A DNA stretch of 64,000 nucleotides from assembly GCA_035084275.1 (NCBI GenBank), contig CM068744.1, forward strand, positions 103,106,001 to 103,170,000, in the 5' to 3' direction. The position numbers and the translations under genes are program-made. Source of the stretch: Hydrolagus colliei. Taxonomy: Eukaryota. Position 1 is the stretch's first letter; each line of letters starts with the position of its first letter. Of the stretch, positions 24,181-37,900 are shown one piece after another. Under the pieces are notes generated by a model. The model saw nothing but the letters and a program-made list of their open reading frames with translations. It was not told the DNA's origin and made no database searches.

Positions 24181-26526
24181 TTTATTTAAAAAACCTACAA
24201 TAGCTTGATTCAACTTGTCTCTAATATCTGCCCAACATAAACTGAGGCTTGTAGTGCTTATGCCTCATGTTTGGTGAAGCATTTATTGTCAGTAGAGCTC
24301 AGGTATATCAAAGCTATTGTGTTTGGGGACAGCAGGTGCTGATTGGCAATTCGCAGGCATGTGTGAAAAGGACTTCTTGTCACGCAAAGTCTTCATGTAA
24401 AGATTATTCCGGTGGAAAGATCAAGATGAAAGCACTTGGTTGTTCCCTGTGATTACAAGAGACAAATCCCTCGGCCAGCTTTTCGCTGAGATCAGTGTAA
24501 CAATGTAACTAGTCCCATTTTATCACTATATGTAGAGGTGCCGATGGTCATGTTGTCTAATTATCCAACATGTTCTGTGAGAAAGATGCTCATCAGGGGA
24601 AAGAAATTAGAAACAAGGGCAAATGTAACTGTACAGCAAACTCCCCATGCACTTTATTACAGTTTTTAATCTCAGCTAAATTGCTGACGAGATACACCTA
24701 GTCCCAATATTTAATGAGCTTTCTCTCCCAAGCCTTTGGCAACAGGGTGACTGTAGTTTAATTAAACCTCTGGGATTTTGTTATCGTAAACCAGTGTCAA
24801 GAGTTCCTCATTTAGCACAACTTGATAATCAGCAGATAAACCCAACACCTTAAGTAGGAAAAAGGAGCTATAATGCAATCAAATGTACTTAAGCAATCAT
24901 CAGCGGCATTAAGAGGCTATGTGGATTTTCTGTTATAACAATGAAGTATTCCTTCAGATTTTATATGCATTCACAGAATTTTGATATTTCATCCTTTTAT
25001 ACTGTACAGGTATATGGAATGGCACTTTATCTAATCAGTAAAAAAAAAGTTTATTTATGAGTAAACCAAAAAACACTCTCCACAAATAGGAATGCTAATA
25101 TAGTTGTGCAGACAGTGTTTTCTCAATTTATAACCCATCCCTATATTATCACTACATTCTATTGGTGATAATATTGGTCAATTGGTAGCAGATTTCTGGC
25201 ATTACTTACACAGTAATGGGCCCAGAAGCTCTCTCTGTCATCACATACTACCACAAATCATCCCCACCACTAGCCTTGTTCATATTGGCATCCATCTATA
25301 ATTATCCCAAAACAAGCTTCTTCACGTACAAAATAGTTACTGCAGCGGCAGAAAATGTAAGAATGATGAGCTATTGCAGTCCTATGGATATCTTAGGAGT
25401 TTTTAACATAGAGTTCTATAATTATTATTTATATTTCCCATAATTATAATGAAACACAAAATTACAATATGAAAATCACTGCCTTTATGTGCATGAGACA
25501 ACACGCTTCTATATATTATAAATGTTTTCCATGCATTTTAAGATTGTTATAGTTTAACTTGCAAGTGGATTGCTGAACATCTGTGCTCCTCATGAATAAT
25601 CATCAATATTTCCCCAAATCAAACCTAAAGCAGTCAGGATGTGCACCCATCTGAATCTGGGTAATTAACATACAGAGTTGAAATAGATGAGGATGTGGGC
25701 AGTGGATTTTTGTATGAGGTAAATCTTGTGCATGATGTAACTGAGGAGAACCAGTGAGGGATATATCTGAGAAGTCAAGTCAGTAAGTACAGTACTTGTA
25801 TTTAATGCTGGAATTCTAGCATATGTGAATCTCAACTGGCATGCATCAAATTGTAAACCATATTACTTTGACTGAAATTTTTGAAATGCATATGACCCAA
25901 GTTCTTCAAACAGTGTCATTATGATAATCCAAAGCTTTGTTTGCAGTTCTCTTCTCAACTAAATGAAAAGGTTCCACTACATTCATTTTTGTACAGCAAC
26001 CCAGTTTTCTCCATCTGCCATAGATGCCAGTCCGAATGCACAATATGACCTCCTGCCAAATGACTCTCTCAAAACTGCAGCAAAACATAGCAACTCAATT
26101 TGGTTTTGGAAATGAAAACACATTACAGAGCATTGCATGAGTATCAAGACCCATTCTCAACAAAATTATACTCTTAATTCAGTTTAATGTTTCTTTATAG
26201 AACCATGAAAATTACAGGATTGGACAGAGCCAGGAGGCCACTTGGTTTATTGAACCAAATCTGATGTTAGCTCATCCACGAGAGATAACTACAGCAGTGT
26301 CGATTATCCACATTAATCAGGACTGGCCCAATTGCGGATAAGCAAACAATAGAGACAATTTCACAAAATGTTAAATAGATGTAGCTACATCTGGAGTTGT
26401 ACGGTTACAAAGCTAGCCATGTTTTCTCTCACCCACCCAAGGGAATCTCCAGCTCCATTTCTCATCCTTCCTCTCTATTTATATCTCCCTTCTCCCCTCT
26501 CTCTAAAGAGTTTCAAGAACTTTCTA

Positions 26527-26883
26527 CAGTGAGAGACCATTTATCCTGCACCCCCCGGGGGTCAACTAATTGACTGTGTCGGATAATCGGGCGGCAAGTT
26601 GCCAAAAACCCAGCACAATAAAATTACTTATTTCAAAACATACCATATTAATAATACACTAAATAGTAACAGAATATTGTAGGAAAACTTACCAATAAAG
26701 ATTTCAGCACACTCGGTAAAATGATTGGTAAAAACCCAGAGTTCGTCAGTTTAATAAGTGCGTATTAAATGCATTGTGCGCAGGCACAAAGTGAGCATAC
26801 TTGCGATTGCTGGAATGGGGAATTGCCCCAGGAGGAAATCGCGCAATTGGTTGATTGGGTCACGGATAAACGGGCTTTTACTG
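26527..26883 (-). mobile_element. Tigger/pogo-like MITE, same TIR family as 40121 and 63185
   Basis: TA-CAGTGAGAGACCATTTATCC ... CACGGATAAACGGGCTTTTACTG-TA. Confidence 0.8.
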
Positions 26884-26929
26884 TACCTCTTTCTTTACAA
26901 TAAATGACGTATACATGTCAAAATCAAAA

Positions 26930-27092
26930 TCAGCGTTTCGTCCACAAATATACAGGCAATTTTCCTATTCTTCTTCATCCATCCCTGAGCCCTCCCCCCT
27001 GCTCTTGTCCCTACCTAACTGTACAGCACCTTGGGACGTACTCTCGATGGGAAAGGCACTATGTAAATGTTAAGTTTTGATTGATTGATTTG
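26930..27092 (+). mobile_element. SINE variant 3' part with C-rich insert and L2-like tail
   Basis: gcgtttcgtccacaaatatacaggcaatt + pyrimidine tract + gcaccttgggacgtactctcgatgggaaaggcactat + (gatt)n. Confidence 0.6.
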
Positions 27093-27574
27093 ACGTGCAT
27101 ACTCTAATTTCTAATTCCATCATTTCTATCCTTTGGTATTGCTACTCTTCAGGATACTATAAATACCTTTTAATTGTACGGAAAAGTTGCCATAAACTAA
27201 TAGCCCACTGCATGAAAGTTGCTTCCAACCTCCCACTAATCCTGAATTTACACCCCCCTTTTGTTACCAATTTACTAAGTTTTTAAAATAGAAGAAAAAT
27301 ATTTTAAAATAGATTAATTTTGAGAAAGTGTAGCATATATTCAATACAATTGCAAATATACAATGATATGTAGAATATAGATTGTATGCCAGTGGTTTAG
27401 TGAAAATAAAGAAAATTGGCAAAACAATATCATCATGTAGAAACTGAAAAAGAACTTCAGGCACATGGCAGACCATCAATTTAGATAATAGCAGCTGGAA
27501 GTACTCTCACACATCATTGTCCTTCCTTTATTCCACCATCACTACACTGTCAACTATGCTCAGTACATTAGCTA

Positions 27575-27725
27575 TAATAGTAATCCTTGCATTTGACGTC
27601 TTATCACGTCTTCGAGATGTCTCAAAGCGCATCACAAGTTATATTGTAAAGTGAGTTGACTACTGTATGTATTTTGTGGGCAAAATGCAGCACACAATTG
27701 AACACAGCAGTATCCTGCAAATAGT
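27575..27725 (-). mobile_element. SINE 3' fragment
   Basis: taatccttgcatttg..gatgtctcaaagcgc..cacagcagtatcc. Confidence 0.75.
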
Positions 27726-29719
27726 CATGGATGGAGTGACCAACATATTATTTTAAAAAAATGATTTATAGTAAATAAGAAACAATAAATGAATCCCATC
27801 TCCACCCCTACCCCAAAAAAATTAAGATCAGCATGTGATATGTAATTCTCTAGGTGGCATTGATCAACTAATTGAGCTTTGCTTCTCGTGCTTTGAGTTA
27901 TCAAAACTGTCCAAAAATCACAAGCTATTTGGTTTCCTATGTTCAAAATATTGGAAATGTACGGCCATCGTGCGCAACATTCTGGGATAGAGTCCTATTT
28001 CCAGGACTATTTCCTTGAGCACTATAATATTTTTTGTTGCCTAAAAAATTGATGTGCATATGAAGAACACCATCAATTTAAATTTTTTTAAAATGAATAC
28101 TTTTACCCCGGGCTACTGGGAAAGAAGCAGTTGGTAAGTTTCCTCATACTGGTTTACACTGTACTACATAGCTTTGTATAGTGGCACAGTGAAACAGAAA
28201 TTACGTGAAATTAATTTAAAGATTAAATCCTTTCAAACTAAACTTTCAGGGCTATTGTGACTGAAGGCTACAGGCAACATAGAGCTGTGGGATGAGAAAA
28301 TAGACTGAAATTTCACTGCAATGAGATCTGCAGGGTCCAAACCTTGGAATGCCGAGCACTTTCGGATGTCCTTGCGACGTGAAAGGCAACGTACAGATAG
28401 AAATTTGTTGTTGCTGTTTTATAAGATATGGGATATGGCAGACAAAAATGCACGCTCACCCAACAAACATTTGAAAATTGTAATTAAAAATGCAATTATG
28501 CAGCAGCCTGACGAAACTGATAATGCAGCATTTCTAAAATCAGCACCACAGACAGCTCCTTTTGATAAATGCTACAGAGCAGAGCTCTGCCACCAGAAAT
28601 CAACTTAGGTAACAGCAGCTGGAGTTACTTGTTGCTGTGGTGACAAGGAACTTGGGACTGCTACCGATGTAGAAGCTGCCATGAGGGAAAATGCAAGAGA
28701 CTGAAACAAAGACACATGCTTTGGATTTTTAAAATGCTACGAAAAATTGTGCAAACATATCACTAATTTCTCTTCAATTTCAGTGTACTGGTTAGTTTTA
28801 TAAACAATGCAGGGAAATTTGCGATACAGATCATTTTTTGATTTTCTAAAAGTAAGATGCCAATTTGTAGCAAATCCAAATATAAGACAAGGCCAAAGGT
28901 TTTATTCTCATTCACATCCAGAAATGGAGATAGATGGAGCTCATTACTTTGAATTGCAATCAATCATTTTTTTTGCAGTGATTTCAGAAATGATTGTTCT
29001 ATTCAAACAACTTCCAAGTACTCAATTCAAAGATGTACATATTGTGCTTCAATACTCCCAATGCAAACCAATTTTAATCAAATGTAGTTCATAATGATCC
29101 AAAATTGTGAATGTTATTGTACATCTAAACAACAAAGTTAAGAGAGATAACAACAACAATAAAATTACATTTGTAGAGTGTCTTTCTCGATGATTGCTTT
29201 ATAAATAAGAACAGGATATACTGGTATGGTTAATCCTGGTCATCTGATACATTTTCAGTGGCCATTTTGTCTCTAACAATTAACAATTGCTTAGCATACT
29301 CTATTTTTTTCTGATATCCAACCCACCCTTGCTGTGTTACTTGGGTTCAGCTTGGTTCTTTCAGTTAAGTGAAGAATTTACCTACTCCCTCTTGAGACTC
29401 CACAGAATGAGTCCACCCTTTAAGTCCCACTGAAGAGACAGATTGATTACTCATCACCAGGAGTGGTACCGTTGCCCAGGCACCTTTTTGGCAGATAGGA
29501 GACTGACATACTTGGAAACCCCCTCAACATTCAGTGTCAAATGCAAGATGAGAACTCCCATAAGCAGTAGTTCTTGTTTGTCAGTACTGGAGTGTGCAAC
29601 CCTCTCCTGGGGTAAATGGAAGAAACACAAATACATAAAGTATAATTTGTTTATGCCTGGAGAACATAAATACATAAAAGAAAACAAAATGTGCACTATG
29701 CAGAATGGATATCCCAGTA

Positions 29720-30090
29720 TGCTTCAGAGAATCTAGTGTAAATTGTTGTACTTGTGTATTTTGCAGCCAAACATAGCAGCCAGTTTACAAATAGCAATGT
29801 CCCACAAACAACCATGAAGTGAATGATAAATATTATTTGGGGGCTTGTTGGCTAGGAGATTGGGAGATACTCTTCTCTTTTTGAATAGTGTCATGGATCT
29901 TTAACATCCACCTAACAGAAGGGACTTCAGTTTTATGTGTCACCTGAAGGACAGCACCTCTAACAATGTAATACACACCTTTAAGTCCTGCACTGGAGCA
30001 CCAGCCTAGATTATATGAGGTCCACATCCCAATAATGTGCTTAAACCCACAACCTTCTGAATCAAGGGGTGAGAGTGCTACCACCTGACA
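29720..30090 (-). mobile_element. Older Deu-domain SINE (SacSINE1/SINE3-like)
   Basis: gcaatgtcccacaaaca..gaatagtgtcatggatctttaacatccacct..aaggacagcacctctaacaatg..cccacaaccttctga..gagagtgctacc; family assignment from recall. Confidence 0.75.
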
Positions 30091-32274
30091 CACAAATCTA
30101 CAGACATCATGTGTGTTAATTCCTAATGCCTAATGCAATGCTGTATTAGATAATTCATCAAATATTTAAATTCAATTTTGCTTATTAAAAGAGCAAATAT
30201 AAGATTGCCTCAATCTGCAGAAATGCCATGAGGTGTAGAATGGAACCTAATATAATAACATAAATGAATTGTAATTTGGCGCCATTAAACATTATTTAGA
30301 TTATTGTCAGAATCATTAAATTACTTATTAAATAGGTTGTTGCAATTGACTGGGGAATTTAGAGGAAAAAACAGTTACTGTTACAGGTTATCTTTTCCTC
30401 ATTCATTGAAATCATGGGCCAAACCCTATGTAAAAAGATAATATTGACAAGATGCACTAAAAAATTACTTAGGAGAACTGCATTTTGTGAAAAAAAACTA
30501 TCATGCAATATTTCCATCAATCTGCTATGATAGTAGTGGAATCACCCTAATCATGTATGTCAAGTGGTCAAGATGACAAAAAAAAATCAATAGGATAAGA
30601 ATGTGTTGGTTGATACTAGAAAATAAACTTTGAAAGACTGGACAGGCTTTTAAAGAAAACTTCTTTCCATGAGCTGATCCTGTAGAATAATAATCCTTGC
30701 ATTTGATATAGACCTTTTCACGTCTTCCAGACAAGGATATGGAAATATAGAAAAGCATATGGTAATCTTGGCTGTTTTCCCATTAGTCAGAACAATAATA
30801 AATCTGAAAAGTGAATGGTTAGGAGAATTTTTTTGTTATCCTACTGCATCATTGGCTAGACTCAGGGGAATTCTTGAACACAGAGACAATCAGAACAAGC
30901 CAGTGAAAATATGCAAGTTATTCATTAAAGAAACAAAGTTGGCATTGTTGAAGGTTCCCGGTTAATGAATTCAGAGGAAGATAGTTTCCTTCACAATTAG
31001 ATATTTAGTTAAATAGTCATAATTGTGCCTGAATACAAGACATAACAGCTTCAAATGCAAGAAAGTGAGTCTGAAATAAAAACAATTGTGTAGTGCCAAA
31101 ATGTTAAACTTTAAAACACCTATGTTGTACATCAAGAAAGAATATTCAGGACTTTGTTGCTTTCTAATTTATTGCTACATTTTAATTTGTTGAGGTCACT
31201 TAGGTTATCAACTGGCGTCACTTTAATTGCAGCATTGTTTTAGAAAAGTAAAACCATCAAGCTTAACCCAAGTGGATTGCTGATGATTATCAAGAAGAGG
31301 CTTGCTTCCCTTTTCATATACAAGTAGCAGTGGCATGACTGGCAGAAGGGTTCAGAGAATCATTAGCAGATGGGATCTACTATCAACTTCTCATAAGCTG
31401 TTCAATCAGGCATAATTCTGGTTAAAAACCAAGATTGCAATTTATTGCCCCACACTGAGACCAAAAGAACATCTTGTACATGGACGATACAGAAGCGTAT
31501 ATGAAAAAAATACCTGCACTGAGGCAGTGATAATCTAGAGCAAAATGAGGGAGAAGGAAAGAAAGGCAACTTGCACATTTGCAGCAGCCTTCTAATCCTT
31601 GCCCCAAGCCATACTGTGCAGTCAGCCTGTCTATTGCAAGGCAACAATTAAGCAGCCAGAGCAGAACACCTGGTACTCACAATCCTGAGCCTTCTGTGGC
31701 AGCTGACTGCAAACAACTCCCTGCAAGGTGGTTGTGTCTCTCATACACTTGCTTGCCAGTCTGGGGGGTAAATAAAGACCATTTTTCTTCATCTTGTTAT
31801 TCTGAAAGCCATTCACCCGTAGAATTTGATTCAAAACTCAAAAAGAAAAGCGCCAAAGCTTAAAATCTCAACATAATGCAACTCACCAGTATTTTTAAAT
31901 CTATTGGGTGCTAAATTTCCTTTGTATTTTCAAAACAAAATGCAGTTTTGAAGAAAGTTTTGAAAAAAAACATACACCTGATGTTGATTGTGTAAGTAAA
32001 ATTAGAGGAATGTGCAAAACAATATACCATTATTATTCTATGATTAAACTGAAAACTGTCATTATAAACTTGAGTTAAAAAAGCAACACTCTTCATAGGA
32101 TTCATTACTCAAAAAAAGGGTTACCAAGTACGGTAATACAACTTATTGGTTTATATTGCCAAACTGCAGTAAGACATCTTTAAAATTGATTTCATTTTTA
32201 GATTTAAATAGAATTTGAACTAACATATTATTTGTGAATAGTTGGGGTTAAGAAGTTGTAATTTATATTGTTGG

Positions 32275-32591
32275 ATAATAACAATAATCCTTGCAATTGA
32301 TGAAGCGCTTTTCACGTCTTCTAGACATCTCAAAGCGCTTCAAAGAAAATACTGTAAAGTGAATTGACTGTATATGTGTGGGCGAAACACAGCAGCCAAT
32401 TACACACAGAGGTGTCCCCCAAACAGTTGTGGATTGAAGTGACCAATTTATCAATTTATTTATTTTTTCTTGAGGGATTATTATCAGATATATGGAGTTA
32501 GGAAACGTGCCCAAGGTTTCGCCCTGCTAGAAATCAAACCAAGGTTTCTCGCTTGCGAGGAGAATGCTCCAACCACTGAGCTACAAGACTC
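32275..32591 (-). mobile_element. Full-length tRNA-derived SINE
   Basis: Head gagtcttgtagctcagtggttggagc; same body and tail as 16672. Confidence 0.88.
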
Positions 32592-34714
32592 TTGTACTTT
32601 TTTAAGACAAAGCAGAAAGATGTTCAAAACATTTTCAGGGTATTTTGCTGAATATGATTTTCCTGCCATTGTAAATCATACACTCTTTATTGTTGTGTAC
32701 TCAGTTCCCCATTCATTTTTATATTGTGAAACTACTCACATGTTAAAGAATATTATCCTACCTATTGCAAGATAAGACTACAAAGTGAATAAAATGCAAT
32801 GCCCCAATATGTAGTACTCTTCTATAGCTCAAAACAATAGATGGCACTTGGGAATGAAAAAAAGCGAAAGGAAAGCATTAGCACATCAAAGCCAGCTTTT
32901 CTCAAAGGATGAAAAAAAACTGCACGAAGCACACTTTAATCTTTCTAAAAATCCATGTGCAGTCTGAGCCTAAATGTATTTTTCACATGCTAATGCTTAC
33001 AAGGGCAGTCCTTACCCAGAAGAATGAATTATAGACAAACAGGTTATCGTGGCCTTTGTATCGAAGTGAAAATCATCAAGAATTAACTGCTGCAGTATTT
33101 CAACACACAATATTTGCAGGCTTTTTTTTTAAAAAAAGAAGTCTACAAACAGAAAACATGGGACTTTGATAATTATTACAGCTGTATGACTACCAAGGTA
33201 AAAAGCACATATACAGTACAGAAAGGCTCACATGCAAATCCTATGCAGGACTCTGAACACACATGCTGCTGGAAGCAGTGCAATAGACATGTAAAAGTTC
33301 ATTAATTAAACTGTTCTCTTGAAACAGATGGAACTGGCTAGCTGGACTCTAATTACTCCTAGCAGGAGCAGAGGCTTGCAGTTCTTAATGAGGTTCAATA
33401 AAACAGCTAATTGCACATCAATGACAATTAAAAGCACCCAGTAAGTCGAGTTGAGTCATCCCCGCAACAGGTCAGGAAATGTGACTACTAAAGACCAACA
33501 GGCAGGCCAAAATATAAAGATGCTTTTAGATACAAATCTATATTGCAAAAATCAAACCAACTAAATATGCATGACAGTAAAATACTATGATGCTTTGTTT
33601 GTATTGGACTAGTCCTACACTAGAGAAGGCTAAGACTTCAGAAATCATCTATTTGCCAGATTGTTCATATGAGATCAGAGCCAAACAAAAGTATTCCACA
33701 CAATGCAGCAGGCACTTACACCCTGCATGAAGGCAGTCTGCGACTCAGATTGGCTAGCTTCATTGAACCACTGTATCCTATTCAGTCAGGACAAGAATAT
33801 GGTATCATTGTTTATACCACCAATAAGTACAGCTTAAATTAATTAAAATTTGTGGAATCTAACAAACTAAAACCAATTAATTTCTATTTCTTTTTAAATT
33901 AGGCTGTCAAAAATGATCAACAATACAGGAAATATAAATCAGTCAGGGCCTCTAATTTGTGAGGTACCTTGATCTATTATAAAAACACTTCACACTCTAG
34001 TAAGCATAGGTCCATTGGGACATCAAATTTGCTATGCTGACTAAAGAGGACACAAACTTAAAGGGTTGGAAGGGGTTTGTATTAGTAATAAAATGAATCA
34101 AATTCATGTCTGTGATTGAAGAATACTTTTGCATTTTGTATGAAGCTAGACACCATATGCCATGCGGAGACCCTATTACTATATTCTCTGCTATCACCAT
34201 GAGCCAGACACAATGGTAATCCCAATGGAAACAGTCTCCTCTCTGTGGTGAAGAGCAAGATCTCAGTGATCTGTGTACATCAGATACTGTAACAATCTGC
34301 AGGAACAGCTGGTCAGCTAATAGGGAGCATTATATGAAAAGGTCTAAAATGATAAACTGACTAGGTGTTTTGATACATGTAAACAAGGAATGGGAACTGT
34401 GCCATTGTGGACCATTTTCCACTATGCTTTTCAACCCTATTCCCCTTTCTGCAATTTGTAAATGAAGTAAAATTTCAAAAAAGACATAATGTCTAAAATG
34501 TTTATAAGAAGGAAAAAGTATTTCACATACAATCTATAGCAAAATTAATATTTTAAAAAACTTTAGTTCACCTATTTCATGGGTCGAGTCTGCTTCATCT
34601 TAAAGTTTAAAAGAGATATATTGTAGAATAAGAGTACAAAATAACAAGTGTTGAATGTCTAGTTTATATAAAAAATACAGAGCAATGAGCTTTTTGTTTT
34701 TCAACAAAACATAA

Positions 34715-34925
34715 CTTCAGCCACTCTGCCCCCACCCTCTGGAACTCCATCATGCATCCCTCCGCCTTGCCTCCTTCAAGACCCTCCTCTTTGACCATGC
34801 CTTCTATCACCCTCCTCCTCCCACCGTCTTCGATCTTAGCTGGGATGTAAAACACTGTCCAGCGCTGGGACATCATCCTGACGTGAAAGGTGCTAACAAA
34901 TCAAAATGTTGTTGGTGTTGTTATT
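34715..34925 (+). mobile_element. L2 LINE 3' fragment
   Basis: gcccccaccctctggaactcc..gacgtgaaaggtgcta..(ttg)n. Confidence 0.8.
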
Positions 34926-37900
34926 GAGCTAACCACTGCTCTAACCACTGAGTTGCAGAATAATGGATATGGATTAGTAACTGACAAAAGAGGAGGAGAT
35001 GGTAGTTGTTATGAGAGGAAAGTCAAACTGGGAGGGGAGTGTAGTGATGAGGAGCCTCAAGAATCCATGATGGATACCTTTGGGTTCCTAGTAATCACAA
35101 ATGACCTGGATTTACAGACTCAGGACAAGATACATTTGCAAATACCACCAATCCATGTTAAGTTATAGAATAGGAAGAAGCAACTAGGATCTTATGAAGA
35201 GCTTCACAGGGTAGATACATTCATTGATCACTGGACTACAAGGTACAGAATTTAAGCAGTAAAATGTACTTCATGGGACAGAATTTGCTTGGGGGAATTT
35301 GAAAGAGATATGGGGTGTTAGTTAACTCTGTGCTCACCATGTCAAAGCACTGTGAAGCATCACAAAACAGAAAGCAGGCTACCGACTGCATTAAATGAGA
35401 TGATTTCTGAATCCTTCAATTTCTCATTTGCATTATTGATTCTTTCTTAAGGAATTCCATTGGAATCTGATTCTTACTACAGTCTTATACTAAAATTAAA
35501 TGTTATACAAAAAAAGCATCAGGGGACATGGGAATATATGTTATATTAACTATGTTTAAAGCAAAACAACAGCAATAGTCTGAATTTTATTTTTGTATCT
35601 CACATAAAAGTGTCTATTACCACATCATTATTGAGGCAGCCAATATTTATCTAAGAAAATTAACCCACTCAAAAGGAGGTTTAACATAGATTTAAAAGGT
35701 ATAATAATTATTTGGCTTCACCTCTATTTTGGTAGAGAATAATAAGAGTACTTTAGTATTATTTATATTAAATGTCACTGACACCAGGTAATAGTATATA
35801 TCTGTATGAGAACAATGAAGATGAGATAAATGTGTGGTAAGGTTTTGAGAACTTAATAGCATAGTGTCTTTACAGTTGAAATAACTACATCATGAACTCA
35901 TGTAATGGTACCTAAAAGGTTTGCCTTGCATGAGTTATTACAGAGAAGAACAGATTAGAGATATTGATTTCTGCCTGGAGATGGGACTTGGTCTGAGATC
36001 AGCAGTAAGCAGCATAGACAGTTTGCGAAACTATTGATTCATTTTGGCAGTGAACCAGCACTTCAAAATGAAGATCAGCACACTTTCATCCTGGCAATGT
36101 TGCTCACAGGAATGCTCATTGGAGTGTTCTGAGATCAGTGTGACTTGTCTCAACCTTTGCCTCAAAATCCACAAGCTGTCTTGCAATCACTGGTTTATAA
36201 TGTCTGACACTGTAGGTGGATGTGACAAACTACATCTTATATTTTTCACTGGATAAGCAACAGCAAGTGACCGGGGATGATACCGTTAGTCAAACCAATT
36301 ATCTAGTTTTCCACGATGAGCTACAATGTCTCATTAAATGCATCAGGGAAAATGTTCCATCTTGACAGTTTTGTAGCTTTTTGTACTGAACTATGTCAAT
36401 TTCTGCTGAAATCATTCATCAAAGTGGGAAATATTTTTTTAAATACTGATTCTGTAGACGAAGTCAAAAGTTTGGTTTCCCAATATAATTCAGACAACTT
36501 AACAAAACAGGTTATTTTGACAATATGGAATTGTGTTCAAACGATAACCATATATACCAGAATGATTTTACTAAAGCTCTCCTTGCATAATAATACATGA
36601 GTATTTCAAAACGCTCCATCTTCCATCTGGAAAATAAGTTAGCCAAGTTTAAAAAAATAATTACTTTGTTAAAATGTTGGGAGTTATTTATGTTGACCTA
36701 CATTCCGAAGCTTGTTGTTGGAGATCAGAGAAATTTATGCAGTGAAACATATACACAGTATTTTGTCCTGAACTCCCAGAGAGCACTGCACTGAATCGAA
36801 ATAGCTTGAGTATGGGAAGCACCTAAATAAGAGTAAGTTGGTTTCAATTCAATCCGTTTGGTATAACATTCCTATATTGCTTCTATAACACACCATTATC
36901 TCCATTCCTGATTACATGAAGATATAAGCATGATGGATTCAAGAAAATATTTAATTTTCTTCAAGCATGAACAGGTTACTGTGTTTACTAGCAGCTCCTG
37001 CATCCACATTAACTTAAAATTCACTATCCGCAAGTTAAAAGTATAAAGCAACAAACACAATTTACCAACCCTACTAACACAACAAAAGATCAGGCATCAG
37101 AAAATAGTGACTTTCTAATTAAATATATTTATGTGTATAAAATATTCTTGTTCTCATTCCTCTGCAGATATGGCTGCAGAATTCAGCACTGTCTGATGGT
37201 CAGCACCAAGTGGAACACCTGCTTTCTTGTGATAATGGTTCAAATGCTAAAGTTTATACACTCGGGATTGAAGTTTCCTTCAGCAACAAGGGGGTACATT
37301 CCCTTGTGGACCTTGCACTTGGATGGCAGTGAACGATAAATGCCGCTCAGCAGACTGTGACAGCATGCGGTTACACTTGTGTCTGTTGTGGGACCTGTGG
37401 CGGGATTTTCCAAATGCTATCGCCACCACACCAGCTTCATCCTAATTTAGATTTTATGCATGGCTGAAGCAGGGGCCACAACATGAAATTTCATAAGTGA
37501 AAACTAATTAGATCAGATAAATATGGAATGACAACAGATGTTTTCACATTTAAATAATTTACATGAAACACACTGTGCCAAAAATCCTGAACGGGTCAGG
37601 TAACAATTATTTTGTGTGTTTTAAAAGCCTTAATGGTAACAATGTTGATGAATATGCAGATGATATACACAATGATTCAGTTGGTATACCAATTTGAAAT
37701 CTTCTTAAAAAACCTAATTGTGTTTAATTTGTAAATACTAGTTCACATAACAACTACAAAACTGAACCAAAAATCTGTATATTTGTAGAGAAAAATACAA
37801 AATGTAATTTAAGAAGCAGCCAAACATCTGGAAGAATGTTTATTAAATGCAAGCAAAATATTTTAGAATCTTGATTGATTTAGATATGATTCACTCTTGT

